Positions 1-11,020 of a stretch of 64,000 nucleotides of DNA are shown in pieces. The notes below the pieces were generated by a model. It was not told the origin of the DNA. It ran no database searches and saw only the letters and a list, made by a program, of their open reading frames with translations. Source of the stretch: Nitrosopumilus sp. (GTDB lineage Archaea > Thermoproteota > Nitrososphaeria > Nitrososphaerales > Nitrosopumilaceae). A program made the translations under genes and the position numbers. Numbering within the stretch: the stretch's first letter is position 1; each line of letters begins with the position of its first letter. The stretch lies in assembly GCA_965207445.1 (NCBI GenBank), contig CBDBLX010000002.1, forward strand, positions 544,001 to 608,000, written 5' to 3'.

Positions 1-361
1 TTGCCCGTATGTATTTTTCCAGCGTTACGATGCATCGCTTGAGGTCGTAGCTTTCCTCCATCATTATTACAGTGTCTTTGAAGAATTCCATAGATTTTGA
101 GACTGTTTTGCAGATCTCCGACTCACTCATCCCAGACATTATGTCGGCCAGCACTTCTCTCGGAGTCGGAATCAGTCCTAGGCTTTGTACGTTGACATCC
201 CAGTCGGCCCACTTTCGGAGTATGGAGTTGTGCAGGTGAGTCGTGGACACGCCAAGCCGCTTTGCCTCGTGTTCCAGTGCGTCTGCCACGTGCTGGGGGA
301 CTCGAATAGTCATGTGAATTGTACCTCTTTTCTCGTTGTTTGTACCATTCCTGTCAGACAT
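1..361 (-). CDS. Ribbon-helix-helix (CopG/Arc-like) regulator, partial (runs off window start)
   Basis: Hand-translated, absent from ORF track: MSDRNGTNNEKRGTIHMTIRVPQHVADALEHEAKRLGVSTTHLHNSILRKWADWD...; RHH pattern T-I-R-V-P...L...A...GVS; divergent from the protease gene. Confidence 0.7.
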   Translation of the reverse strand, partial: MSDRNGTNNEKRGTIHMTIRVPQHVADALEHEAKRLGVSTTHLHNSILRKWADWDVNVQSLGLIPTPREVLADIMSGMSESEICKTVSKSMEFFKDTVIMMEESYDLKRCIVTLEKYIRA

Positions 362-490
362 CAGATAGAATCTAATGCATGTCTTATTTTGTCTTTTGTG
401 TGTAATTGTAGCACATTGTGGTGCATTAGTGCACAGTGTGGAATAATGTGGACATACTGCTTATTAAGCAACTTACAGCTTGTTCAGTCA

Positions 491-1084
491 ATGAATCAAA
501 CAACATCAAACACAACAAGAATAACACTGCTCACTTCTCTAGCTGCTGTCATGATCCTATCAATTGGCGCGGCTGTTGTTGCGTATGCAGATCATGATGC
601 AAATACATCCACATGGTCAACTGACAGGACGTTTTACATCAAGTCGTCTCTTAATGGGATCTCTCACGCAAGCTTTACTCCTGCAACAGACTTTGAAGAT
701 GCAGCAGATGTATGGAACGATGTATCGTCAAGCTGGTGGGACTTTACCAGAGATGACACCGGTAGAGATGTTGGCATTGGTGCCAAGTCATTTGGATGGT
801 TTTCATATACTCTTGGTGAGACACGATACGTAGTACACAACGGTGTAATGCTTTCTGCATCCGTAGATTTTAACACCGAGATAGACTTTAGAGACGTCAA
901 TGTCTCCCAAGGCTGGTGGTCATATGACTATGAGACTGTTGCAATACATGAAATTGGACACGTTGCGGGCATTCATGACCACACCGGAACTGGAAGTTCG
1001 CCTATGCGCTCTCACATATCGACCAACACCGTAGACCGAACATTAAACAGCCACGACACCGCAACAATTGGAGGGATGTACTAA
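491..1084 (+). CDS. Secreted matrixin-like (metzincin) zinc metalloprotease
   Basis: Likely start ATG 491; signal peptide ending AVVAYA; zinc motif HEIGHVAGIHDH (one extra residue before third His), Met-turn SPMRS, C-terminal L..D...I..MY. Confidence 0.85.
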   Translation: MNQTTSNTTRITLLTSLAAVMILSIGAAVVAYADHDANTSTWSTDRTFYIKSSLNGISHASFTPATDFEDAADVWNDVSSSWWDFTRDDTGRDVGIGAKSFGWFSYTLGETRYVVHNGVMLSASVDFNTEIDFRDVNVSQGWWSYDYETVAIHEIGHVAGIHDHTGTGSSPMRSHISTNTVDRTLNSHDTATIGGMY

Positions 1085-1085
1085 A

Positions 1086-1670
1086 ATGAGCAAAAAACAT
1101 CTTTTGCCTCTATTGGCCCTTGTCATAGTACCTGTGATTATACTTGCAATGCAAGACGGTGGCCGTGCCGATGAGATTGGAAAGCAATTTGCAGCAGAGT
1201 ACCCAGGAGCAACAATCATGATCCATACTTCAGAGGCAGCATTTACAGAACAGCAAGAAGTAGTACGCGCACAACTGATCATAGAAGGAACTATCCTAGG
1301 AGTAAAACCATACTGGAAAGTAGTGGGTGATGACACTATCCCCAGAATCCATACCGAGTACGCTGTAAGGGTGGATGACGTCATCAAAGGTGACAACAAC
1401 CTACTCACCAAGACCATTAGTGTCGAACTGTCGGGTGGCTCTCTGGATGGAATAACGGCCAAAACCGAATCAATAGAACTGACAACAGGCGAGACTGTAA
1501 TTATGTTACTTGGAAAAGACACAAACAGCATATTTGGTGATGCATACTCCCCTCTTTCAGTATCGAAGTCGGTGTACAAAATTGAAAACGGATATGCCAC
1601 AAACAAAGCTGACGACAGATCCGGTAGCAAGGACGAGATCAAAAAACGAATATCCGACAAACTGCGATAA
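1086..1670 (+). CDS. Secreted/membrane-anchored partner of the protease, possible NTR/TIMP-like OB fold
   Basis: Starts 1 nt after protease stop; N-terminal hydrophobic segment; pattern AQLIIEGTI...EYAVRVDDVIKG...TISVELSGG...GETVIMLL; homologous to 57529-58164. Confidence 0.7.
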   Translation: MSKKHLLPLLALVIVPVIILAMQDGGRADEIGKQFAAEYPGATIMIHTSEAAFTEQQEVVRAQLIIEGTILGVKPYWKVVGDDTIPRIHTEYAVRVDDVIKGDNNLLTKTISVELSGGSLDGITAKTESIELTTGETVIMLLGKDTNSIFGDAYSPLSVSKSVYKIENGYATNKADDRSGSKDEIKKRISDKLR

Positions 1671-1951
1671 AAATTCCCTCATTTTTATTTCTAATTTTAT
1701 GCTAGTGGCAACCGCGTCCGTATTTATATAATCATATAGAATAACCAAGAGGGACAGGGATGGTTGCTAGAGGTGTACCGGATCATGGGCGCCGGCAAGA
1801 CGGTCCCAGTTCAACCACTACTCAGCTAGTCGACCGTGCAAAGATGTAGAGTAATGCTTGCACAAGATACAGGTTTGTAGCAGTACATGCCTGACGCCAT
1901 GCTCATCGTAGAACGAGCGAAAAACGACACGGTCTGAACACAGAGTGAGAG

Positions 1952-2025
1952 TGGACCGGAAGGGATTTGAACCCTCGATCCGATGCATGCCATGCACCTA
2001 TCCTACCAGACTAGACGACCGGCCC
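1952..2025 (-). tRNA. tRNA-Ala(GGC)
   Basis: Reverse complement GGGCCGG...CCGGTCCA cloverleaf, anticodon loop AT-GGC-AT, G3:U70 pair. Confidence 0.95.
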
Positions 2026-2414
2026 ACAGTCAGAGATCTGACTATATCTGTCATTTTTAGATCAATTATTAACGTTGGTGTTTTAGATAAATATGGCCAT
2101 AAACAACCATAAATAACGGCAAACAATAACAAAATACCTCAAAACAAGAAATCTATATTTTTTCTAGATATGTTTTGCCAAATTTCTGACACATCTGAAA
2201 TATGTTGATAAACTTACATCTCTTACAAGTTTATATGGTCATCATTATAACATCGTAGATTTACATACACAAAATTATTTACGGCTTTTATTATCGTTGT
2301 ATGTTTGATACAACTCTTTTCATGTTATGATCTATCTTCAACTGTCATCCCTTAGTATTTCACCATATAATGATCATCACAATACATTTTAACACATGTA
2401 TGTTTGTTGTATTA

Positions 2415-3260
2415 TTGGTTGTAGATAACAAGGCGACTATTACATATGTTCAACTACTAAAAGAAGATTTAGTCGTTATCAGATTGGTTCCAAATGACGA
2501 GCCTGTGCCTGAATTTGAGGCAGGACAGTTTATCACACTAGGTATGCCAAACCCAAATGAAGGTGGCAAGATTGTTCGACGTGCTTACTCTATTGCATCT
2601 CATCCAGAAAACAGAGATTACATTGAACTTGTTATACGCTGGGTACGAAAACCACTACCTGGCCGTCTCACTACTCAATTGTTTAATGCCAAGGAAGGTG
2701 GTGAAATACTGTGGCTCAAGCCTACTGGTAAGGCGCTCAAGATAAATGATACAATGCCTGATGGCTCACCTGATACTCGTAGAATAATCTGTATAGGGGG
2801 TGGTACAGGAATAGCTCCATTTGTTAGTTTTGCACAGCACTTGCATGATATAGGTGACAAGCGCGAGATCATTGTATTACATGGGGCAAGTTATGTTGAT
2901 GAGCTAAGCTACAAAGACTTGTTAACTGATCTCGAATATGACAGTATAAGGCGCGGCAAAAACGAATGGAACTTTACGTACCGTGCTGCAATCAGTAGAC
3001 CGCAGGAATGGTTTAACAGATCTTGGTCTGGGCAAGTGGGTAGAGTAGAGACATTTTTGCGCCCTCGTGGTGATGATATATCCCCTCTTGAAGATTTAGT
3101 TGGTGACAAAATTACAAAGGAGAATACGATATTTTATGTCTGTGGGTGGCAAGGGACAATCGATGGTGTAATGGACTTTTTAAAGCCACGTGGCTTTGTG
3201 ACAGAACATGACAAACGCAGTGATGGCAGCTTTGAGGTAAAGTACGAGTCGTACGGCTAA
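2415..3260 (+). CDS. Ferredoxin-NADP+ reductase family FAD/NAD(P)-binding oxidoreductase
   Basis: RRAYSIAS FAD motif, GGGTGIAPF, YVCGW; probable TTG start at 2415. Confidence 0.9.
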   Translation: MVVDNKATITYVQLLKEDLVVIRLVPNDEPVPEFEAGQFITLGMPNPNEGGKIVRRAYSIASHPENRDYIELVIRWVRKPLPGRLTTQLFNAKEGGEILWLKPTGKALKINDTMPDGSPDTRRIICIGGGTGIAPFVSFAQHLHDIGDKREIIVLHGASYVDELSYKDLLTDLEYDSIRRGKNEWNFTYRAAISRPQEWFNRSWSGQVGRVETFLRPRGDDISPLEDLVGDKITKENTIFYVCGWQGTIDGVMDFLKPRGFVTEHDKRSDGSFEVKYESYG

Positions 3261-3330
3261 TCGACACTTTTTACTCTAATATTGATTTTATTATAATAAT
3301 TGAAATACCGATCAAATACACATACACTAG

Positions 3331-3951
3331 TTGTCAAAATTCGATACTGCTCTTTATTTGGCCCATCTTAATCCTGTCACAAACGCACATGTAGAGATAA
3401 TATCAGATTTAAAAAAAAGTGCACATATAATAAAGGTCATGCCTGTCATATTTAGAGACCAAAACAACTTTGAGGTCAACAGTAAAAGCTTTCCATTTGA
3501 CTTTGAGTCTAGACATGAGATGCTCAAATCCGTATTTGGCAACACTATTGAGATATCCCAAGATTATACATTTCATGCACCATTCAAGCGGTACATGCCG
3601 CCTCTTCTCTCACCAAAGTCTTGGAAGCTACGCAAACAGATCCTTTCTAATGTCAAAGGTCGATACTTTTCATATACTGGTGACAAGGCTGAAGGGTATA
3701 TGCTTCGACTTTATCATATGAGGCCAAAGGTGGGACAACGAAAGTCTCTTTCTGCTACATCTGTCAAAGAAAAATTATACGCCGCCGCTATTAAAAGTCC
3801 TACAGATGCACCCTCTGTACATTGGGAGCATGATGTGCCTGATTCTGTTGCACGTATAATAAAACGTGAATGGAGTATAATACAAAAATTTGCCAAAGCA
3901 TCAGATATGACCACTCGTATATGTGGGATGAAGTTTCCAAAAGAGCACTAA
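3331..3951 (+). CDS. Cytidylyltransferase-like (HIGH-type) nucleotidyltransferase domain protein
   Basis: N-terminal LAHLNPVTNAH variant of FxPxxxGH; PF...R..M and SATSVK motifs as in NMNAT/PPAT folds. Confidence 0.65.
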   Translation: MSKFDTALYLAHLNPVTNAHVEIISDLKKSAHIIKVMPVIFRDQNNFEVNSKSFPFDFESRHEMLKSVFGNTIEISQDYTFHAPFKRYMPPLLSPKSWKLRKQILSNVKGRYFSYTGDKAEGYMLRLYHMRPKVGQRKSLSATSVKEKLYAAAIKSPTDAPSVHWEHDVPDSVARIIKREWSIIQKFAKASDMTTRICGMKFPKEH

Positions 3952-4130
3952 AAATTATACAACACATTTCTATTTGAACTTGATATATGTTCTAATTAAC
4001 ATCTTTGGATACTATGTGATATATTGCATACATGTTTGTGGCCTATATCGTTGATGTTTGACCATACTATCACCAAGCACGTTGGGCATTCATGAGGTTA
4101 TGTGGCATTATCTTTAATGCTTGATGGGTT

Positions 4131-4212
4131 GTAACCGTTCAACCTCTTTTCCAAATTTAGGCACAAATTCACCGTCTAGTGTCTGGCGCATATACGGGGG
4201 TTGAACGGTTAC
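4131..4212 (+). mobile_element. ~80-bp MITE copy 1 (IS66-like ends)
   Basis: 14-bp terminal inverted repeats GTAACCGTTCAACC...GGTTGAACGGTTAC; core AAATTTAGGCACAAA shared with three other copies. Confidence 0.85.
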
Positions 4213-4260
4213 GTGGATAATCTACTAAACAGATTAATACAGTTCAAAGGGCAAAAATGT

Positions 4261-5178
4261 ATGAATCTTTCACTATATGATTTAGTGTGGTTTGATGGCT
4301 CTTTTGTGCCCCTTGAGCAGGCGACTGTTCCAATCACTACTCATGCACTACACTATGCAACATCTGCTTTTGAAGGCATTCGAGGATATTGGAATGGCTC
4401 AAATCTTAACTTGTTTAGATTAGATGATCATATAAAACGACTTAGACGCTCTGGTAAATATTATGATATATCACTCAATTACACAGATGCACAGATCACT
4501 CAAGCTATAGTCGGAATATGTCAAAAGAATAATGTAAAAGAATCGTGTTATGTGAGGCCGTTTTACTTTGTAGGTGATCATGGTATAAGCATGCATGTCA
4601 CACGCGATGCGCCTACTAAAATGGCAGTATTTGCATTTCCATTCGGTAATCTGTTTACCAAGACAGGAATATCAGTTGTCATATCGACTTGGTTAAAATC
4701 ATCTGATGCATCAACTCCAATTCAAGCCAAGATGGGTGGGAACTATCTGAACTCAATAATCTCTACTGGGCAGGCCAAATCTATGGGTGCAGATGAGGCT
4801 ATATTACTTGATGCATCAGATAATGTATGTGAGGCACCTGGTGAGAATCTCTTTATTGTGAGTGGTGATGAACTGTTTACTCCTCCTATATCATCAGTAT
4901 TAGATGGAATTACACGTAATACAGTGTTTACAATTGCAGAGCATATGAATATTAAAGCAACTGCAAAGACTATACATAAAAGTGAATTTATAAAAGCCGA
5001 TGAGATATTCTTGACAGGTACTGCATCTGAGATAATCCCAGTGACATTAGTTGATTCAAAGTTGATTGGTGGTGGCAAGCCTGGACCCTTGACTACAATG
5101 ATACTAGAAAAGTACCATGATGTTGTAATGGGAAATGTACCTCAATATACTGATACTTGGCTTACACCGGTGTATTGA
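4261..5178 (+). CDS. ilvE: Branched-chain amino acid aminotransferase
   Basis: HALHY...FEGIRGY, AKMGGNY (PLP Lys), E..GENLF, LDGITR, GTASEI; real start 4261 because the upstream extension lies in the MITE. Confidence 0.93.
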   Translation: MNLSLYDLVWFDGSFVPLEQATVPITTHALHYATSAFEGIRGYWNGSNLNLFRLDDHIKRLRRSGKYYDISLNYTDAQITQAIVGICQKNNVKESCYVRPFYFVGDHGISMHVTRDAPTKMAVFAFPFGNLFTKTGISVVISTWLKSSDASTPIQAKMGGNYLNSIISTGQAKSMGADEAILLDASDNVCEAPGENLFIVSGDELFTPPISSVLDGITRNTVFTIAEHMNIKATAKTIHKSEFIKADEIFLTGTASEIIPVTLVDSKLIGGGKPGPLTTMILEKYHDVVMGNVPQYTDTWLTPVY

Positions 5179-5180
5179 GA

Positions 5181-6269
5181 ATGAAGTTTGCTTTGGTTAT
5201 TATATCTGATAATCACAATGATGCATCAAATGCCCAAATGACACTCAAATTTCAAACATATGTGAAAATATTGACACAACTCAAAGAGACGCCCTTTGCA
5301 GTTTATGATGCCAATTCCCATAATCATAAAATGTATGTAAATAATGTTACGCATTGTTATGATAATTTAGATGAGATGATCACACGTGCTCATTTTGATG
5401 CTACTATTGTGTTAGCACACAAATCTGTTCCAGTTTCTATTGTGTCTAGATTACTTGATGCAAAAAAACATGTATTTTTAGAGTGGCCTTTTGGGCGTGT
5501 CGTATCAGATTATGAATCACTTTTGAGTATTGCCCAAAAACGAAAAGTCATATTGGATTGTAATCGTATATGGGGAAAAGATACCGCCGTGGGTGCGCTC
5601 TGGTCTATGATCACCAATAACACATATGGTCATCTATTGGCACTAGAGTTCTCAGGACACGGTGACATGTTAATGTCAAGTTTACACGATATTTATGGTG
5701 CTGATTATTTTGATACCCCTCAAAACATCGATGACTGTCATCTGTCCCTTGTCACTTGTATGACTTTTATCTATACTGCAAACTGGCTCTTTAACACTGT
5801 CTCAAATATGGTATTTGCAAGGATAACCGATAAGGCGACTTTGTCTGATTCTGATCAAAACACTGAACAAAAATCTACACTTTATTTGCATATGATGCTC
5901 GGATATGACAATAACACAACTGCCATTATATTATATGATAATATAAAATTATTAAAGCCTGACCTTGGTATCGTGGCAGTGTTTGATAATGCTGTTGTGT
6001 CTGTAGATTTTGTCACTAGTCAAATACATGTGCAAAAAAATACCACATTTGATAGCACTGAGAGTACGTTATATGGCAACTTGCAAAATTATGATCAACA
6101 TCTATCTCTTGCCATACAAGATTTCATTGTTGCCATATGTAATGTAAAAGAAAAAGTATGTACATACTATACACCTCGTATCAAAGATGTAATTTCTGCT
6201 ACAAAGGGAGCCAAAGCTGCACTTTTATCTAGTAAGAATGGTATTCCTATCTATCTGGATGTGAGATAG
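5181..6269 (+). CDS. Highly diverged Gfo/Idh/MocA-like oxidoreductase
   Basis: KHVFLEWP resembles KHVLxEKP; C-terminal AALLSSKNGIPIYLD; lacks GxGxxG. Confidence 0.55.
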   Translation: MKFALVIISDNHNDASNAQMTLKFQTYVKILTQLKETPFAVYDANSHNHKMYVNNVTHCYDNLDEMITRAHFDATIVLAHKSVPVSIVSRLLDAKKHVFLEWPFGRVVSDYESLLSIAQKRKVILDCNRIWGKDTAVGALWSMITNNTYGHLLALEFSGHGDMLMSSLHDIYGADYFDTPQNIDDCHLSLVTCMTFIYTANWLFNTVSNMVFARITDKATLSDSDQNTEQKSTLYLHMMLGYDNNTTAIILYDNIKLLKPDLGIVAVFDNAVVSVDFVTSQIHVQKNTTFDSTESTLYGNLQNYDQHLSLAIQDFIVAICNVKEKVCTYYTPRIKDVISATKGAKAALLSSKNGIPIYLDVR

Positions 6270-6611
6270 TTGAGAAAGAGCATAATGATGAAGATGCTTG
6301 CATGTCCTATGGATAAGTATCATCCGTTGGAATTGTACGTGATACGTGAGATTGTTGATAATGAATCTATCTGTAATGAGACTAGTAATGATAATACCTG
6401 CAAAGATAATACCCGCAAAGATAATGGTATTGTTTCTGAGGGCGCACTCTATTGCACCAAATGTTCTAGATTTTATCCTATTATTGAAGAGATCCCAATA
6501 ATGTTGCCTGATGATCTACGTGATAAAAAACACGAGATGGATTTCCTTGCCAAATACAAAGAATCATTGCCTGATAAAATAACTGCACATGCGAATCCGT
6601 GGCATTTGTGA
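6270..6611 (+). CDS. Trm112 family methyltransferase activator
   Basis: LACPMDK...EGALYCTKCSRFYPIIEEIPIMLPD. Confidence 0.88.
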   Translation: MRKSIMMKMLACPMDKYHPLELYVIREIVDNESICNETSNDNTCKDNTRKDNGIVSEGALYCTKCSRFYPIIEEIPIMLPDDLRDKKHEMDFLAKYKESLPDKITAHANPWHL

Positions 6612-6782
6612 CTCTTTGTTTGAATGTCATTTGAGTGTTATTTACAGATATTCTTAGCATCCTTCTTTTGTTTTTTGTTAGTATGTTGGTTCTTACAATA
6701 CTAGTTTTTGTTGTGTATGTTCAATGATCGCTTTGTGATTTTTACGAAATCTCTAAATTATTCTCATTATAGGTACTATACG

Positions 6783-8159
6783 TTGACACTACCACGTGGT
6801 ATGAAGGACTTTGAAGGCAAGGATTCTGCACAAATTGAACATGTGCGAAAAGAATTTTTGCATGTATCTGGACTATATGGGTTTGAATATGTGGATCCGT
6901 CACCTATGGAGAACCTCTCTACGTTAGAGACGCGGTCCGGTCCTGCAATTCGAGATGAGATATATCACTTTAAGGACAAGGGTGGGCGCGATGTGGCGCT
7001 TCGGTTTGATTTTACAATGGGACTTGCACGGCGTGCAGCATCTCAGAGATCTGAGAAATTACCCTCAAAGGTATCGAGTTTTGGTGGTGTGTTTAGATAT
7101 GATGAACCCCAAAAGGGACGATATCGATATTTTCACCAATGGGATTTTGAGGTATTTGGTAAACCCACCATTCAAGTTGACGCTGAGATTGTCGAGATGA
7201 CATCTACTCTCTTTGACTCACTTGGGTTAGGTGATGAAGTTTATATTCATATATCTCACAGAAATTTGATCGAGTCTAAAATTCGCCAAGTGTGTGGTGA
7301 TGATTTTGATGATATTCCTACTATACTGCGTGCAGTGGACAAAATTGCAAAAAAACCAAAACAGGATATTATTGACGAGTATGTTGCTAGTACCGTATCA
7401 CACAATAATCAAAGTACTGACAACATGCGCGACAATCTAGCGCAGATACTAGATTTTGCTAGTATACGAGGTGACATTAAGACAGTTGCAAGTACGGCTG
7501 GCAACTCTATGCAGGAACTTGATGGATGGGAGCACCTAATGTTGTTGTTTGATTCGCTTCAGAGTCGTGGAGTATGTAATGCTAAAATTGATCTTGGTAT
7601 TGTGCGAGGACTAGATTATTACTCTGGGATGGTCTTTGAGGTATTTTATGATGATAATGATGGTAAAAAGAACAATACACAACATGATGACCATTTACCA
7701 CTTGGTGCCCTTGCTGGTGGTGGTAGATATGACGCTTTGATGAATGCATTTGGCAGGTCTGATCTTGGAGCAGCAGGAGTTGCAGGGGGTGTCGAGCGCA
7801 TAATTTTAGCAATGAATCAAAAAAGAATCTTTGATGATGTGACAAAGTCTTTACAAAATAATAATCTAATAGCAGTACTATACGCTACACCTGCGACTCA
7901 AAATGTGGCAGCACAAATCGCATCTGTACTACGTAAAAACGACATACACGCAGAGTTTGATATTGCAGGGAGAAATCTCAAAAAGCAGCTTGCGTATGCT
8001 ACTACACAAAAGCATGCACATGCTATAATACTTGTGGGACCTCGTGAACTAGAGCAAGGTAATGTCGTATTACGTTTAATGGATACTGATATTCAACACA
8101 CATTAAGTTTAGATGAACTACTAGGTAAACCACATGAACTGTTAATGCCTCTGATTTAG
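6783..8159 (+). CDS. hisS: Histidyl-tRNA synthetase
   Basis: LPRGMKDF, RYDEPQKGRYRYFHQ, VRGLDYYSG, AGGGRYD, anticodon-binding domain. Confidence 0.97.
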   Translation: MTLPRGMKDFEGKDSAQIEHVRKEFLHVSGLYGFEYVDPSPMENLSTLETRSGPAIRDEIYHFKDKGGRDVALRFDFTMGLARRAASQRSEKLPSKVSSFGGVFRYDEPQKGRYRYFHQWDFEVFGKPTIQVDAEIVEMTSTLFDSLGLGDEVYIHISHRNLIESKIRQVCGDDFDDIPTILRAVDKIAKKPKQDIIDEYVASTVSHNNQSTDNMRDNLAQILDFASIRGDIKTVASTAGNSMQELDGWEHLMLLFDSLQSRGVCNAKIDLGIVRGLDYYSGMVFEVFYDDNDGKKNNTQHDDHLPLGALAGGGRYDALMNAFGRSDLGAAGVAGGVERIILAMNQKRIFDDVTKSLQNNNLIAVLYATPATQNVAAQIASVLRKNDIHAEFDIAGRNLKKQLAYATTQKHAHAIILVGPRELEQGNVVLRLMDTDIQHTLSLDELLGKPHELLMPLI

Positions 8160-8824
8160 TTGAGAAATGCTCTTGTCATCATCATTATCTCTGGGCCTGT
8201 TGTAAGCGATCCTACTACTATTGCCTTGTTGTTTGCTAGCATACCTGATGAGACGTACGGTATCCCATTATTCACAGAGCTGTGCTCTATGTTCGTACCT
8301 AGTATGTCTGCCAATTCCTTTATGTCTTCTTGATCGGTTTCGGGATGAACTACTGCACCTGTATTATTTGCAACCATCGTTGAGCCTGTCTGATTCATGT
8401 CTGCTACTCGCCTTTGGAGAACTTCGACATCTAGTACATCTGATATGACTTTGCAATCTTGTACTGATAGCCACGGTGATACTATTGCGCCTTTGTCGTT
8501 TGCACATATTACGTTTCCAAGTGCAGTAAACTTTGAGTCTAGCACATCTATGTTTAATTTGGTCTCTCTCTTTATATAGTCATATTCATCAGAAAATGCT
8601 GTCTTTGGTAGTATAATGCCGTTGTTATTCATCGCAAGTAGTGCCCCAAGTAGCCTAGTATTTGATATACTTGTATGGACATATTGAGTCACATTCAAGT
8701 GTTCTGCAAGTTTGATTGCTCTTGCTGGCTCAAAACCCATTGGCACTAGTAATGTGTCGTCATTTGTAATCGAATATATGCCTATATTAGCCCCCTTATA
8801 CATATCAAATTTGATAATGTCCAT
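8156..8824 (-). CDS. eif6: Translation initiation factor aIF6
   Basis: NIGIY, ALGNVICANDKGAIV, GAVVHP, SLTTGPE. Confidence 0.93.
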   Translation of the reverse strand: MDIIKFDMYKGANIGIYSITNDDTLLVPMGFEPARAIKLAEHLNVTQYVHTSISNTRLLGALLAMNNNGIILPKTAFSDEYDYIKRETKLNIDVLDSKFTALGNVICANDKGAIVSPWLSVQDCKVISDVLDVEVLQRRVADMNQTGSTMVANNTGAVVHPETDQEDIKELADILGTNIEHSSVNNGIPYVSSGMLANNKAIVVGSLTTGPEIMMMTRAFLN

Positions 8825-9606
8825 GTGTGTTGTATGTTGATGTGTGTTATGAATTTAAAGTTCTTGATGTGTTGTTGCATATTCAAAAATATGTGAATAT
8901 TTTTTTATATTATATCACTTGGCCTGAATCGTGTTTTTAATTTCTGTATTTTAAAACTACACATTTTAACTGTTCAAATAATGTGATTCTTTTTTTTATG
9001 TTTGATAAGTTGTATTGTTATTGCAGTGGTTGATTTTTTATTTGTGTAATATTTTCTAGTTACAAAATAAACACTAGTGTTATACTCTAAAAATAAAAAA
9101 ATGTGACAGTTTATTGTGATATACTACTATAATTCTTTGTATCTACTCACGTACTTTTGCTAGATTTCCTCTAGTTTGGATAACTTTTCTGGCCCAAACC
9201 AATCTGTTCTGTGCTTTGGCCCAAACCCACCTGAACCACTGATGTTGTCTTTATTGTTTGATGCAAATTAAATATCTGCATTATCGTTCCAAATACTAAC
9301 AAGTACCAACTCGTCAATGGTAGTTTGTGCTGTCATATACTGATATGGAATTCTTTCTGGTTTTGAATACAATTGGTAGTTGACTTGTTTATCTTGGTAT
9401 TCTGTATTGTGGATTAACATCTGTACTAGCAGACTGTAATTACTCAATACGACTGCAGAGTTGTTGCTGTATGAGTGTAAAGTTGTTTTGAGTTTATAGT
9501 GGTCTGTTGTTTTGTGTTGTCATTTACACACAAACTAAATGATGTTGACGTGTTTCAATGTGCAAATTATAAATTCATATAACTGCATTATATATTGTAA
9601 TTTATC

Positions 9607-10184
<578 letters not shown>

Positions 10185-10228
10185 CTAGTCAGTATACAAT
10201 AGTTTAGTTTCAACTAATTTTATTTAGC

Positions 10229-10236
10229 TTTAAATA
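10229..10236 (+). promoter_or_regulatory. Archaeal TATA box of second ferredoxin
   Basis: TTTAAATA 22 nt before ATG 10259. Confidence 0.55.
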
Positions 10237-10258
10237 AGAAACTCTGTAATTCTATTCC

Positions 10259-10795
10259 ATGCCAATAGACGAAAAATTTGTTGAGAATCTTGAAGTCATC
10301 GGTAAGACCAATCATGCAGATGGTGAAAACAAGCACTTTATCTGGGGACCTGGTAATACTGAAGGTGATGCATTCTCCAACGATGATGTCAAAGCCGCAT
10401 ATGAGGAACATGGCGAAGAGCAAGTTCCACTTGGCATACATGGTACTACTGTAGCCGTCGACTGGGACTCTTGCGTTGCCGCAGGCTCTTGTATGAGCGT
10501 ATGTCCAGTACAGACGTTTCAATGGTATAGAACAGAACAAGATATACCTGCTGCAGACTGCCTTGATGCTACATTTGAGGGAACAGGACTAACAGAGCAA
10601 GACGAACGTCTTGACTATTCTGACAAATCTCAACCGATCAGAGAACATGACTGCACACAGTGCATGGCTTGCCAAGAAGCATGTCCAACACATGCAATTC
10701 TGATCGAACCGTCATATCTAGAACACCATGAAAAAGCTGACGGAACATTTGTCAAGATGCAAGGTAGTTCTGTAAATCCACATGCGCACGATTAA
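10259..10795 (+). CDS. Dicluster Fe-S ferredoxin, tandem paralog
   Basis: CVAAGSCMSVCP and CTQCMACQEACP; clearly similar to the upstream ferredoxin. Confidence 0.92.
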   Translation: MPIDEKFVENLEVIGKTNHADGENKHFIWGPGNTEGDAFSNDDVKAAYEEHGEEQVPLGIHGTTVAVDWDSCVAAGSCMSVCPVQTFQWYRTEQDIPAADCLDATFEGTGLTEQDERLDYSDKSQPIREHDCTQCMACQEACPTHAILIEPSYLEHHEKADGTFVKMQGSSVNPHAHD

Positions 10796-11020
10796 TTAGA
10801 GGATTATCCTCGATCATTTTTTTAATTATTTTATTTGGCTATTTATTTTATGTTTGGATTACTGTGAATAACGTATAACGATTTTTGATGAATTGCTATG
10901 ATAAATAAAAAGTTCATAATAGTTATAATTCGGATATTTTATTTTTCACGATAATTTGAATGATTGTTTTGTATTGCATGTTTGATAACAAATTTTAACT
11001 CTTTTTTATCCTTACAATGT

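Noticed and set aside
185..490. N-terminal extension of ORF 185-1084
   Set aside because: Overlaps the antisense RHH gene; the signal peptide starts at 491
1770..1790. GAGGTGTAC-N5-CATGGGC also present at 59018-59038, near both protease cassettes
   Set aside because: 16 of 21 nt match, too short to separate from chance; orientation relative to the cassettes differs
8830..9600. Long intergenic region, possible ncRNA or pseudogene
   Set aside because: AT-rich, no stable structure or interpretable ORF beyond a short TGGCCCAAACC repeat
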